DNA from: Pseudomonadota bacterium
Lineage (GTDB): Bacteria > Bdellovibrionota_F > JAHFAK01 > JBDREC01
Assembly: GCA_043820105.1 (NCBI GenBank)
Contig: JBDREC010000076.1
Location: forward strand, 62,001 to 97,184
DNA length: 35,184 nt
Reading direction: 5' to 3'
The notes beneath the pieces are model-generated. The model was not told the DNA's origin and made no database searches. It saw only the letters and a list, made by a program, of their open reading frames with translations. The stretch's first letter is position 1, and each line of letters opens with the position of its first letter. A program made the translations under genes and the position numbers. This document shows, in pieces, positions 1 to 9,697 of this stretch.

Positions 1-975
1 TGTCAGGGATGGCTAGAAGGCTACTTATTAACTGGAAGACATGGCTTGTTTTCCTGTTATGAAGCTTTTATTCATATTATTGATTCAATGTTTAACCAGC
101 ATGCTAAGTGGCTTAAGGTTACTAATGATGAAATACCATGGCGAAGGCCAATTGCTTCCTTAAATTATCTATTAACTAGCCATGTCTGGAGACAGGATCA
201 CAATGGCTTTAGTCACCAGGACCCCGGATTTATTGACCATGTTATTAATAAAAAAGCTGACATTGTTAGAGTCTACTTACCACCTGATGCAAATACCTTA
301 TTATCAGTTACAGATCATTGTTTGAAAAGTAAAAATTATATAAATGTAATTGTTGCAGGAAAACAACCTGCATTACAATATTTGAATATAGAGGATGCAA
401 TTAAACATTGCACAAAAGGAATTGGAATTTGGAAATGGGCCAGTAATGATATAGGTTGTGATCCTGATGTAGTCTTAGCGTGTGCTGGCGATGTTCCAAC
501 TCTTGAAACTTTAGCAGCAACTTCAATTTTGAGAAACAAGTTTCCTGAATTAAAAGTTAGAGTAGTTAATGTAGTTGACCTGATGACTCTGCAACATGAA
601 AAAGAACATCCCCATGGATTGTCTGACACAGAATTCGATTCGATTTTCACAAAAGATAAGCCTATAATATTTGCTTATCATGGCTATCCATGGTTAATCC
701 ACAGACTTACATATAAAAGAAACAACCATAAAAACTTACATGTAAGAGGTTATGTTGAAGAAGGAAAAACAACAACTCCTTTTGACATGTGTGTCTTGAA
801 TCACATAGACAGATTTCACCTGGCAGATGATGTAATAGATAGAGTTCCTAAACTTGAAACAAAAGGAGCTTATTTAAAACAAGAAATTGATAATAAGCTT
901 ATCGAACATAATGATTATATAATAAAACATGGGGTAGATATGCCTGAAATTAGCCAATGGAAATTTGATATTTAA
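1..975 (+). CDS. xfp: Xylulose-5-phosphate/fructose-6-phosphate phosphoketolase, 3' part (5' end outside window)
   Basis: Frame is open from base 1 ([23 protein letters not shown]). Contains the Xfp motifs [28 protein letters not shown] and [12 protein letters not shown]. Confidence 0.96.
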   Translation, partial: CQGWLEGYLLTGRHGLFSCYEAFIHIIDSMFNQHAKWLKVTNDEIPWRRPIASLNYLLTSHVWRQDHNGFSHQDPGFIDHVINKKADIVRVYLPPDANTLLSVTDHCLKSKNYINVIVAGKQPALQYLNIEDAIKHCTKGIGIWKWASNDIGCDPDVVLACAGDVPTLETLAATSILRNKFPELKVRVVNVVDLMTLQHEKEHPHGLSDTEFDSIFTKDKPIIFAYHGYPWLIHRLTYKRNNHKNLHVRGYVEEGKTTTPFDMCVLNHIDRFHLADDVIDRVPKLETKGAYLKQEIDNKLIEHNDYIIKHGVDMPEISQWKFDI

Positions 976-999
976 TAAAAACAGCAAGAACAAAAATAC

Positions 1000-1770
1000 T
1001 CAGGAAACTTGAGTTTTAATACTTAAGATCGCCACTTTTAATATTTCTTTTAGACGATTTAATTTATTGTCAAACATTTCACCTGTCCATTCGTCCATAA
1101 ATATCTTTTTAAACTCAATAGAAATAGAGCAGCAATTATTAGGAAAATTTTTATGTATCCACTGAGACATATAACCACCCATAAATATTTTATTTTCAGC
1201 TACAACTAAATTTCTTTCAAAAAAACTTTCGTTTTTTAAGGTGCTAATAAATGGATCAAGAAGGTGGCTCCAGTTATTCCTATTCATTGAAGCAGTGCCA
1301 ATATTAATATCTGGATACTTTTCTCCCTGTAAATACTCATAAGATTCGTGATTTCTTCGATAATTATATGAATGAATATCTAAAATAATAACTTTTCCGT
1401 GCTCTTTAATCTTCTTCTTAAGAAAATTTGCTAATTTATCATAAAAATATATATGCTTATCATAAGATAATTTGAGCAATTTTTGAGGCATGCTTTTCTT
1501 CCAAACATCCAGTCCCCACGAATCATGAGAAGTCTTATAAACACAATTTTCAAGGGGTCTGTTTAAATCAACTTCAAATCGTGACGTGTTTACTAAAACT
1601 CTATTCAGGCAAAGATCAGTAAATAGATTAGTAAAAGGATCCTCTTCTCTTAATCTATCTTCTTCAGATATTTGTAGATATGGCCACAATTCTCTTCTAA
1701 TGTGGTGCCCTGAATGAATTGCTGTAGCGATAAATATTGATGGAGAAGATTTAAATTCAAAATCTTTCAT
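1000..1770 (-). CDS. N-formylglutamate amidohydrolase family protein
   Basis: Motifs AIHSGH, REEDPFT, SRFEVDLNR, LDIHSYN, DINIGT and SIEFKK are typical of the FGase family. Start overlaps the upstream stop by 4 bp. Confidence 0.88.
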   Translation of the reverse strand: MKDFEFKSSPSIFIATAIHSGHHIRRELWPYLQISEEDRLREEDPFTNLFTDLCLNRVLVNTSRFEVDLNRPLENCVYKTSHDSWGLDVWKKSMPQKLLKLSYDKHIYFYDKLANFLKKKIKEHGKVIILDIHSYNYRRNHESYEYLQGEKYPDINIGTASMNRNNWSHLLDPFISTLKNESFFERNLVVAENKIFMGGYMSQWIHKNFPNNCCSISIEFKKIFMDEWTGEMFDNKLNRLKEILKVAILSIKTQVS

Positions 1771-2810
1771 AAAGTTGCCATTTCAACATTGTCAAAATTT
1801 CTTTTGTAATATTTCATATATTGAGCTTTTTGTTCTAATACATGTATAAGCTCAATTGAAAAATTTACTTTTTCAAATTTTTGAGCTGAACCAAAACCAC
1901 CTGGAGAAAAAACATTTATTTCCATTAGCTTATCACCAACAATATCAAGGCCAACCATGAACATACCATCAAAAACCAACTTTGGTCTAACAATATCCAC
2001 AATTCTTAACATCTCATCAGTCACTTGCGCTTGAACCAGTGTACCTCCAGCGTGGATATTGCTTCTCATGTCACCACCTGTCCTGGTTCTTCTAAAAGCA
2101 GCGTATTTATTTTTATATTTAAATGCCCTTCCATTAACCATAAAAAGTCTCACATCCCCTGCTTCTGCTGCTTTTAAATATTCTTGAGCGATGATGTAGC
2201 CATCTCTGCTTATAGCGTCTATCATTTGGTTAATGTTTGATCTATCTTCTGGCTTTACCAGAAACACATTTTTGCCACCAGAACCCTGGACAGGTTTTAA
2301 AACAACAGTCTGATTCTCGTCCGCAAAATCTTTTATCTCAGAACGATCCCTGGTAATTAAAGTTTTAGGTCTGACCTCTTCTGGAAACTGGTGAAAATAC
2401 ATTTTGTTAGTTGCTTTAGCTAAACCATTAGGGTCATTTAAAACAATAACTCCTCTGCGCATGGCTATTCTTCCAAATAAAATACCAACATTTTGTTTCC
2501 AGCCATCTAAGCCTTCATCATCAGCAGGATTACTTCTTAAAAGCAGAATATCCAGGTCATCAACAGAAATCCTTTCTATTTTGGCTTTTGGGCCTTTTAA
2601 ATCATTTAAAAAGGACTCATATGTTTTGTAATTATGTTTTGAAACAGTCCTGGCTCTGGCGCGCACCGAATCATCCGGGTCAATTGCGAAATCATCAGCA
2701 GTAATATACCATATCTCATGGCCCATTTTTAAAGCTTCCAAAGCCAATCTTGTTGTTGTATACCCTTTATGTTCTTTTTTAATATCATTTACAAAAAATG
2801 CGATTCTCAT
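1767..2810 (-). CDS. Glutathione synthetase-like (GshB/RimK-type) ATP-grasp ligase
   Basis: Motifs VLNDPNGL..ATNKMY, VLKPVQGSGGKNVF, QEYL, GDVRLF, RSNIHAGG and GLDIVGDKLMEINVFSPGG. Confidence 0.88.
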   Translation of the reverse strand: MRIAFFVNDIKKEHKGYTTTRLALEALKMGHEIWYITADDFAIDPDDSVRARARTVSKHNYKTYESFLNDLKGPKAKIERISVDDLDILLLRSNPADDEGLDGWKQNVGILFGRIAMRRGVIVLNDPNGLAKATNKMYFHQFPEEVRPKTLITRDRSEIKDFADENQTVVLKPVQGSGGKNVFLVKPEDRSNINQMIDAISRDGYIIAQEYLKAAEAGDVRLFMVNGRAFKYKNKYAAFRRTRTGGDMRSNIHAGGTLVQAQVTDEMLRIVDIVRPKLVFDGMFMVGLDIVGDKLMEINVFSPGGFGSAQKFEKVNFSIELIHVLEQKAQYMKYYKRNFDNVEMATL

Positions 2811-2813
2811 TTG

Positions 2814-4721
2814 TCATCTCCTTTTGTGAGAATTTTGTAATTTAATAAGTTTTGTAATATCTGAATTTTTCCTCAGTTTTTCTAATCTAAGTTTACTTTC
2901 GTCTGATGTAAAATATTTTGGAAAAAGGATATTAGGATTTAATACCTTTCTGTAGGTTAGCTCTTTGATAAAAGCTATGTGCCTTTTTGCAAATTTACCA
3001 TAATATAAAAGATCAAGTTCATTTCCATTTTTTAAATAATCAAGGAGTTGTAAAAATCCCCGTAAATATACAGCGTCCTTTGTATAACCACCACCCCTAT
3101 ATGTTCTGGTCGCAACTAAAAAAGATGTATACAAATCGAACTGGTACTTTTGGGCCATGATATTAAAGGTTTCTACAAAACTTGCTCCTTTGCACATCAG
3201 ATCAACAGCAATGACTCTTAGGGCAAGAAGCTTTAACCTAAAATCGTTCAAACCTCCTACAAGATATTCAGCCAAGACAGCCAAGCCTTCTTGCAACTCT
3301 TCATACTCAGCAAACCCTGAAGATAGTTGTTTGAACGGTTGTAAGGTTCCATTAAAATAAGTTAAGGAATGAGTCCCAATTTCATGTTGAATAAGAGCGT
3401 TTGCTCTATCCTTAGGTACGCTAAGATTCTTGCCTATAAGCAAATTTCCCCTTGAGACAAGCAGTGAATTGTTCATATCTTCTTTAATTTCAACTTTTGC
3501 ATTAAAATTTGAATTTAAGGACTTATAGAATTCAATTTCAGATCTAGCGAGTTCTGCAAAAGTAAAAGCATTTAAATAGCCTTTTCTGGACACTTCTTTT
3601 TGTTTACCCAACTTTTGCTTTAAAAGAAGATGGGCTGTTTCAATAACATCTTTTGTAAGAGGTCTAAAAAGCTGAATTGATCCATACAAAAATCGATTAG
3701 TCCCTCTTGAATCTAGCATTGAAAGCTGTAGGTCCAGGTCTTTTTGTTTATCAGTAAATATTTGTTCCAAAACAGGATCATCGATTTTATCTGTTCTAAC
3801 CTGATAAAGGCTTCTTTTTAAACTAATAGGATCCACGGGCAAGGGTCTATACCTAAACTCTGGTTTTATTTGATATTTATTTTTTTTAAAATACCTCCAG
3901 GCCTCTTCTATATTAAAAGGAGTTACTAAAAATAAAAAATCAAAGGAATCTTCTATTTCAGATAATTGCCTGTCAACTTCCCATACCTTCTTGTTAAAAG
4001 CTCGTTTGCCAAGAGACAAATAGCTTTTAGGACTTGTACTAGTGTTATGATTTGCAAAACTATGAAAGGTTCTTTTTAAAGTTTTTGAAAGACTTCTTCT
4101 TAGATTTCTTACAATTAAAGGATAATAATCATTGCCACTTATTTCTTTATAAACAGATGGTATCTCCAGACCAGTATAAAAAAGATTCATATTTTTAAAT
4201 TCTTTTGATCTAATAATTTCCCTAAAAAAGGTTTTCTTCTTTGCCCGATAATGTGCATTAACTTCAATGGTTAACTTTTGAATCTTAATTTTTTTAAGGT
4301 GAGAAATTAGTACATCAATGGTCTTGTTCAGTTTATAGGTTCTTTCAGGATAAATATTAAAAATTGCTTCCCGCAAATAAGCTTCACCATTTTTTGCGAG
4401 ATCTTCCTGGCTTGTATTTGGAAAAAGTTCCAGAAAATAATAAGCCCCAAATTCCTGACTTAAAGATTGAGCAATATTCAAAATAAAATCTTTAAATATT
4501 TTTTTATGTTTTAATGAAGACTGAACAATCAAATAAGAAGCCTCTGTCTTAACAAGGCTTTCAATTGCACGATCGTCAATTGTATCATTTTTTTGATAAA
4601 CGCATAAAAAGGGAAGCTGTCTATCAATATGTATTTTACATACTGATTTGATATTTGCATGAACAAACTTGTCTGCTTTTATCTTATTTACAATATCATC
4701 TATTTTTTTTTGATAATCCAT
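2814..4721 (-). CDS. QEGLA-motif (DUF1704 / MATCAP-like) zinc metallo-carboxypeptidase with an N-terminal extension
   Basis: HEIGTH (HExxxH) zinc motif followed by QEGLAVLAEY and RGGGYTKDAVYLRG. Confidence 0.88.
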   Translation of the reverse strand: MDYQKKIDDIVNKIKADKFVHANIKSVCKIHIDRQLPFLCVYQKNDTIDDRAIESLVKTEASYLIVQSSLKHKKIFKDFILNIAQSLSQEFGAYYFLELFPNTSQEDLAKNGEAYLREAIFNIYPERTYKLNKTIDVLISHLKKIKIQKLTIEVNAHYRAKKKTFFREIIRSKEFKNMNLFYTGLEIPSVYKEISGNDYYPLIVRNLRRSLSKTLKRTFHSFANHNTSTSPKSYLSLGKRAFNKKVWEVDRQLSEIEDSFDFLFLVTPFNIEEAWRYFKKNKYQIKPEFRYRPLPVDPISLKRSLYQVRTDKIDDPVLEQIFTDKQKDLDLQLSMLDSRGTNRFLYGSIQLFRPLTKDVIETAHLLLKQKLGKQKEVSRKGYLNAFTFAELARSEIEFYKSLNSNFNAKVEIKEDMNNSLLVSRGNLLIGKNLSVPKDRANALIQHEIGTHSLTYFNGTLQPFKQLSSGFAEYEELQEGLAVLAEYLVGGLNDFRLKLLALRVIAVDLMCKGASFVETFNIMAQKYQFDLYTSFLVATRTYRGGGYTKDAVYLRGFLQLLDYLKNGNELDLLYYGKFAKRHIAFIKELTYRKVLNPNILFPKYFTSDESKLRLEKLRKNSDITKLIKLQNSHKRR

Positions 4722-4756
4722 TACAACACTTATTCGCCCTGATCATTAAATTCCTG

Positions 4757-6043
4757 TTAATTGCAAAATCGCATCGCATTTGTTGCGCAATGAACACCAC
4801 CACCTAAGTGGGAATATACAAAATCATTTATAAACTCATATTTGATCCCATTTTTTTTAAGTACTTTTGAAATATATTTATTAAAGGGCTCAAAACGAGT
4901 GTTTGGTATAATCATCAAATTTCCTAAAATCAAGGAATTAACAGAGTTTGGAAATAATATTTCATTTGTTCCTGATTCTGTCCACAGCACAGGAAATTTA
5001 AGATGACTTTGATCTTTTATTTTGCATGATGTTCTTAATTCAAGAGCCTTTTTTAATAAACTCAAATTATAGTTAATTATTAGTTCAAACTCATTATTCT
5101 TGTTTAACAGTTCTTTATCTTTTAAAAGAGTATCAACTTTATCATAAGCGCCAGGCAATCTTGTTTTTTTATTTTCTTTTGAAAGAATTTCTATTGCCAA
5201 TTTAGGTGAAGCGGAAATTATATGAAAATCACAATTAGATGCTTCAGCCCGAGGAACAACTGCAAATATTTCGTCAACATGTCCAACCTCCAAAAAGCTT
5301 ATCTTTACCTCAATTAAGCTATTTCCTTGATCGCGCAAATAATCCTTTAACTCTATGTCCATATTGTCACCAACAACAAGCAAACCACCAGGAAAGGCTT
5401 CAATATTGCCCCCTCCTTCAGCTGCAAAATTCATATGAGAAAAAAACTCATTATTCTTTTCCAATAGTTTTTTGGTTTTTACTGGTTGCTTTATAAAAGT
5501 TGCTTCTTTACAGCTTTGAAAAACATATGATGAAAGCTCTTCATTATCTTCATCCGGCAGATCTAATATTGCCAAGCCCTTATCTTGCATAATACCAACT
5601 TGAAAGGCATCCTGTAACCAATTCTCAACATTAATGTCTACTTCAAAAATATTAAAATCCTGAGCCCTGGATAAATATTTAGATATTTTATTATAACACC
5701 TATCTTCAATAAAAACATTTAAAGGAATACTAAGTTTATTCTTTTTAAGAATATAATATAAATCCTCAACAAATTGTTTATGAGAAAAAAGTCCTTCATT
5801 TCTAATAGCGTTAACAGGGCACCATATTCCAACAAAAATTCCTATAGGCAAGTGATAAGATCCAAGTGGCGAAAAGCCCTTTGCTTTTGGACAATTTTTT
5901 AGATATTTTTTATCTATAGCATTTAAATTAGAGACGTTTATGTTCTTGAAACAGTTCTTTGAGTTTAATAAAACATCATCAGCGAAAATTACATTTATTA
6001 AAAGCCAAGTGATTATAAATAAAATATAATTTAGTCTTTTCAT
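4757..6043 (-). CDS. Secreted protein-arginine deiminase (PAD-type) catalytic-domain protein
   Basis: Signal peptide (MKRLNYILFIITWLLINVIFA). PAD motifs WLQD, GGNIEAFP, FLEVGHVDEIF, FPNSVN and GGVHCATN supply the Asp/His/Asp/Cys catalytic set. Confidence 0.82.
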   Translation of the reverse strand: MKRLNYILFIITWLLINVIFADDVLLNSKNCFKNINVSNLNAIDKKYLKNCPKAKGFSPLGSYHLPIGIFVGIWCPVNAIRNEGLFSHKQFVEDLYYILKKNKLSIPLNVFIEDRCYNKISKYLSRAQDFNIFEVDINVENWLQDAFQVGIMQDKGLAILDLPDEDNEELSSYVFQSCKEATFIKQPVKTKKLLEKNNEFFSHMNFAAEGGGNIEAFPGGLLVVGDNMDIELKDYLRDQGNSLIEVKISFLEVGHVDEIFAVVPRAEASNCDFHIISASPKLAIEILSKENKKTRLPGAYDKVDTLLKDKELLNKNNEFELIINYNLSLLKKALELRTSCKIKDQSHLKFPVLWTESGTNEILFPNSVNSLILGNLMIIPNTRFEPFNKYISKVLKKNGIKYEFINDFVYSHLGGGVHCATNAMRFCN

Positions 6044-6107
6044 ATTTAAAGGGTTTAATTCTTTCCTATAAAAACATTTAGCATTATAAATCTGGGATTG
6101 GGTCTAT

Positions 6108-6124
6108 TGCTAAAATTATGCCAA
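6108..6124 (-). promoter_or_regulatory. Sigma-54 (-24/-12) promoter for the PAD gene and possibly the downstream triad
   Basis: Minus strand reads TTGGCATAATTTTAGCA: GG-N10-GC, about 65 bp upstream of the PAD start. Confidence 0.6.
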
Positions 6125-6238
6125 ATTATGATAATGAATCTTTTTCAGACTTAAGAAACTGAAATTACTTGTTAATTTATCCCAAACAATAATTCTATCA
6201 AAAAATCATATCATAAAGTTAAGATTTTAATTGTTAAA

Positions 6239-6276
6239 TTTCCTGCATATTTTCAATAACAGGAAATATTATTTCC
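6239..6276. promoter_or_regulatory. Overlapping inverted repeats, candidate activator (bEBP) binding site
   Basis: TTTCCTG-N14-CAGGAAA (6239-6266) and the perfect palindrome GGAAATA-T-TATTTCC (6262-6276) lie between two divergent sigma-54 promoters. Confidence 0.35.
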
Positions 6277-6496
6277 GATTTTTCATATTTTAATTAAATA
6301 ATAGAATTATAGAGGAATTATTTTGTAAATGCTTCCGATTAATCTAATAATAAAGGTCTAGTTTTGTTCATAATTAAGTGTTAAGGGACAAATAAGCAGA
6401 AATCTCATTTCCTGTTTATCTGAATTAACCGGCAATCATACTTCCTGCAAGCAGCTCAAAACCTCAAAGAAGCAAGATAATCCAATGGTTTAATTA

Positions 6497-6513
6497 TTGG
6501 CACAAGTCTTGCT
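6497..6513 (+). promoter_or_regulatory. Sigma-54 (-24/-12) promoter
   Basis: TTGGCACAAGTCTTGCT fits TGGCAC-N5-TTGCW, immediately upstream of the 6535 ORF. Confidence 0.75.
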
Positions 6514-6534
6514 AGAAGAATATTTGTTCTATTT

Positions 6535-6834
6535 TTGAAAGCAAATAAAATAATGAGCAAAAAACTAGCATGGCAAGAAATAAAAGTAAAAGTACAAAAA
6601 ATAAAAGGAATTGTTGTTCCCTGCAAATGGGACTCAGATAATTTAGTTATTCAAGCAAGCATAGTCACTGACCTTGAAGAAGAATATTATATTACTAATT
6701 CTGATTCTGCTAATAATCTTATAAACCAGCTAAATAATATGATAGAAGTAACGGGCAATATTGAAACAATAAAAAAAGGAAAAAAGTATAATATTAAAAT
6801 TATTTCATATAGAAGAATTAAGAAATTTATATAA
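6535..6834 (+). CDS. Small hypothetical protein (beta-rich, possibly OB-fold-like); start may be ATG 6553
   Basis: 99-aa ORF directly downstream of the sigma-54 promoter and co-oriented with the next two genes. Confidence 0.6.
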   Translation: MKANKIMSKKLAWQEIKVKVQKIKGIVVPCKWDSDNLVIQASIVTDLEEEYYITNSDSANNLINQLNNMIEVTGNIETIKKGKKYNIKIISYRRIKKFI

Positions 6835-6907
6835 CTTTTATTAAAAATATAAATTTGCAGAAATATTCTGTAATCCAAAAGAATTTTTTTTTAAAGGAGA
6901 ATTTAAA

Positions 6908-7246
6908 ATGTTAAAAAACAAAGGCTTTTTATTGATTATTATTTTTGTTTCATCTATGTTTTTATTCATTGGGTGCCCCAAAAAAGGTCCGGAACCATTA
7001 GCGCCGAGTGATGATTCTTCAGGCATCGATAATTATTCTGATGATTATCCTGAAAAGGGAATGCCTGATGACATTATGTCTGATTTTATGCAAGGATATA
7101 AAGATGGTACAGAGAAATCAGAAGAAGCATTACAAGAAGATCCACCTGTTATAGTGGATAACGAAGAAGAAGTAATAGAAAATAGCGATGAAGAAATTCA
7201 AGAAGATGCAATTAATGAAGAAGAAGAAGAAGAAGAAGAAGAATAG
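6908..7246 (+). CDS. Acidic low-complexity lipoprotein with a poly-Glu C-terminus
   Basis: AAGGAG RBS; hydrophobic signal ending FIGC (lipobox-like); ends NEEEEEEEEE. Confidence 0.75.
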   Translation: MLKNKGFLLIIIFVSSMFLFIGCPKKGPEPLAPSDDSSGIDNYSDDYPEKGMPDDIMSDFMQGYKDGTEKSEEALQEDPPVIVDNEEEVIENSDEEIQEDAINEEEEEEEEE

Positions 7247-7289
7247 ACAAACAAAACAACAAAAAGTTTATTAAAAAAGGAGAATTAGC

Positions 7290-7862
7290 ATGATAAACTT
7301 TATGAAAGAGTATAAGTTACTTTCTGCAGTTGTAATTATTTCATTAATTTTAATAGTCTTCTTTTACTTTACAGGCAATAATAACAATAGATCCGACAAA
7401 CCTGATAAAGATAACATTCAAACAGAAGATATTAGCAATCCAAATGTTGAACTTGAAAATACAAATATAATTGAAAGCAAAGAAGAAGCTTTAAACAAAA
7501 GCAAAACCAAAACTCCTAAACCTGTGCTTAAATCAGATAACGAGGAAGTTGAAGCTCAAGGAATAATTCCAAAAGAACCAACTGCAAATACTATGCCCGA
7601 TACATATCAAGATTCTTATCAAGAAGAGGCAGAAGACCATGAAGAAAATCAAAATGAAGAACCAGCGGCTCAAGGCTACAATGAAGATTTAGCTAATAAT
7701 CCACCTCCTCCCTCAGACACCGATGATGAAGACAGAGATGCAAATAATGAAGAACAAGAAGATAGTGAAGAAGAAGAAGTGGAAGAAGAAGAAGAAGATG
7801 GAACTACTGAAAATGAATATGAATATCGTGAAGAATCCGATAACACTTCTGAAGAAGAATAA
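7290..7862 (+). CDS. Membrane-anchored acidic, probably disordered protein
   Basis: AAGGAG RBS; one N-terminal TM segment; Asp/Glu-rich tail with a PPPP stretch; ends SEEE. Confidence 0.75.
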   Translation: MINFMKEYKLLSAVVIISLILIVFFYFTGNNNNRSDKPDKDNIQTEDISNPNVELENTNIIESKEEALNKSKTKTPKPVLKSDNEEVEAQGIIPKEPTANTMPDTYQDSYQEEAEDHEENQNEEPAAQGYNEDLANNPPPPSDTDDEDRDANNEEQEDSEEEEVEEEEEDGTTENEYEYREESDNTSEEE

Positions 7863-8143
7863 ATTAAAAATTATCTAAAAATAATTGTTCAATTAAGGTA
7901 GTTTTTTTTTCTGCTAGATAAATCAAAGAGATAAGATTTATTGATTTTTTTTTTATTAGAATCAACTTTAATAAGGCTATTTTCCTTTATTTCATTTTCA
8001 ATCTATTAAAATCTACTTGCATTAGCTTTCCTTAACTATTATATAATTTATTTTAATTTTACTTAATACTATATTTTTTGTATTAATGCAATAATAAATA
8101 AACGTGGTACGCCGTACACTGTATGCTTTAAAAAGGAGACAAA

Positions 8144-9550
8144 ATGAACAACTACAAAATAAAAGATATAAACCTAGCAGACTGGGGAAGAAGGGAAATT
8201 GTTATAGCAGAAAAAGAAATGCCTGGTCTGATGTCTATTAGAAATAAATATGCAGCTGAAAAACCATTAAAAGATCTTAGAATTTCAGGTTCACTTCACA
8301 TGACAATCCAAACAGCTGTTTTAATTGAAACCCTAAAAGACCTGGGTGCTAATGTAAGGTGGGCAAGTTGCAATATCTTTTCAACCCAAGATCACGCAGC
8401 AGCAGCTATCGCCAAAACAGAAACCCCTGTTTTTGCATGGAAAGGTGAAAATTTAGAAGAATATTGGTGGTGCACCTTACAAGCTTTAACTTTTGATGGA
8501 AATCTTGGACCAAACCTAATAGTTGATGACGGTGGAGATGCAACATTAATGATTCACTTAGGCGTGGAAGCTGAAAAAGACCCAGCTGTTTTAGAAATTA
8601 AAGCAAATGATCCTGAAGATGAAGTTGAACTCAAAAAATGCTTAAAAAAATCATTGGCAGAAAACCCCACAAAATGGTCAGATATTGCCAAGGAGTGGAA
8701 AGGTGTTTCAGAAGAAACAACCACAGGAGTCCATAGACTTTATCAAATGGCGCAAGACCAAAAACTTCTTGTTCCAGCTCTAAATGTTAATGATTCAGTG
8801 ACAAAATCTAAATTTGATAATCTGTACGGATGTCGTGAATCTTTAGCTGACGGAATAAAACGAGCAACTGATGTTATGATCGCTGGAAAAGTTGCCTGCA
8901 TCTGTGGATATGGCGATGTAGGAAAAGGCTCTGCTCAATCTTTGGCAGCCTTTGGAGCTCGCATTATGGTCACAGAAATCGATCCAATTTGTGCATTACA
9001 AGCTGCTATGGCTGGATTTGATGTTAAAACAGTTGAAGATACCTTAGGAATCGCTGATATTTATGTAACAACAACTGGAAACAAAAATGTTATTACAGCA
9101 GAACATATGATAAAAATGAAAGATCAAGCCATTGTATGCAATATTGGCCACTTTGACAATGAAATCGAAATGTCCGTTTTCAATAATCTTCCAACAGTTA
9201 AACGAGTTGAAGTTAAACCACAAGTGGACCAATATTTCTTTGAAGATGGCAGATCAATCTTTGTTTTAGCAGAAGGCAGACTCGTTAATTTAGGCTGCGC
9301 CACAGGGCATCCTTCGTTTGTTATGAGCAATTCCTTTTCTAATCAGGTGCTGGCTCAATTAGACCTCTGGAAAAATAGAGATAAATATGAAAACAAAGTC
9401 TACACTCTTCCTAAAATCCTAGATGAAGAAGTAGCGCGCCTACATCTTGATAAAATTGGAGCTAAGCTTACAACTTTATCTAAAGAACAAGCTGATTATA
9501 TTGGCGTTCCAGTTAATGGTCCATATAAGCCTGAGTATTATAGGTATTAA
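8144..9550 (+). CDS. ahcY: Adenosylhomocysteinase (SAH hydrolase)
   Basis: [84 protein letters not shown]-terminus [10 protein letters not shown]. Confidence 0.99.
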   Translation: MNNYKIKDINLADWGRREIVIAEKEMPGLMSIRNKYAAEKPLKDLRISGSLHMTIQTAVLIETLKDLGANVRWASCNIFSTQDHAAAAIAKTETPVFAWKGENLEEYWWCTLQALTFDGNLGPNLIVDDGGDATLMIHLGVEAEKDPAVLEIKANDPEDEVELKKCLKKSLAENPTKWSDIAKEWKGVSEETTTGVHRLYQMAQDQKLLVPALNVNDSVTKSKFDNLYGCRESLADGIKRATDVMIAGKVACICGYGDVGKGSAQSLAAFGARIMVTEIDPICALQAAMAGFDVKTVEDTLGIADIYVTTTGNKNVITAEHMIKMKDQAIVCNIGHFDNEIEMSVFNNLPTVKRVEVKPQVDQYFFEDGRSIFVLAEGRLVNLGCATGHPSFVMSNSFSNQVLAQLDLWKNRDKYENKVYTLPKILDEEVARLHLDKIGAKLTTLSKEQADYIGVPVNGPYKPEYYRY

Positions 9551-9697
9551 TTATTTTTGGATAAATCTCCTAAATAGCAAGTCCCAATAAACTTTTAGCA
9601 AATTTCATTAATAAAAAGGCAACGCGAAACAAGAAATCTTTCCTTTGTTTTGATATAAAATCTCAATGTTAATTATTAATTCAATGAAGAGGTATTT

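Noticed and set aside
336-650. Short antisense or overlapping ORFs in the track (e.g. 336-650, 2404-2631, 5239-5496, 15922-16260, 31415-32215)
   Set aside because: They are shadows of well-supported genes on the other strand or frame and show no motifs.
1767-2810. Assigning the symbol gshB
   Set aside because: The fold is GshB-like, but the QEGLA/FGase context and absence of gshA in the window leave the substrate unproven.
4757-6043. PAD as a citrulassin-style tailoring enzyme for the lasso peptide
   Set aside because: The predicted core has no Arg, and the PAD carries a signal peptide.
8100-8143. SAH or SAM riboswitch upstream of ahcY
   Set aside because: Only a small GTAC-GCC-GTAC hairpin before the RBS; I could not match SAH, SAM-II or SAM-V consensus elements. 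An Rfam scan would settle it.
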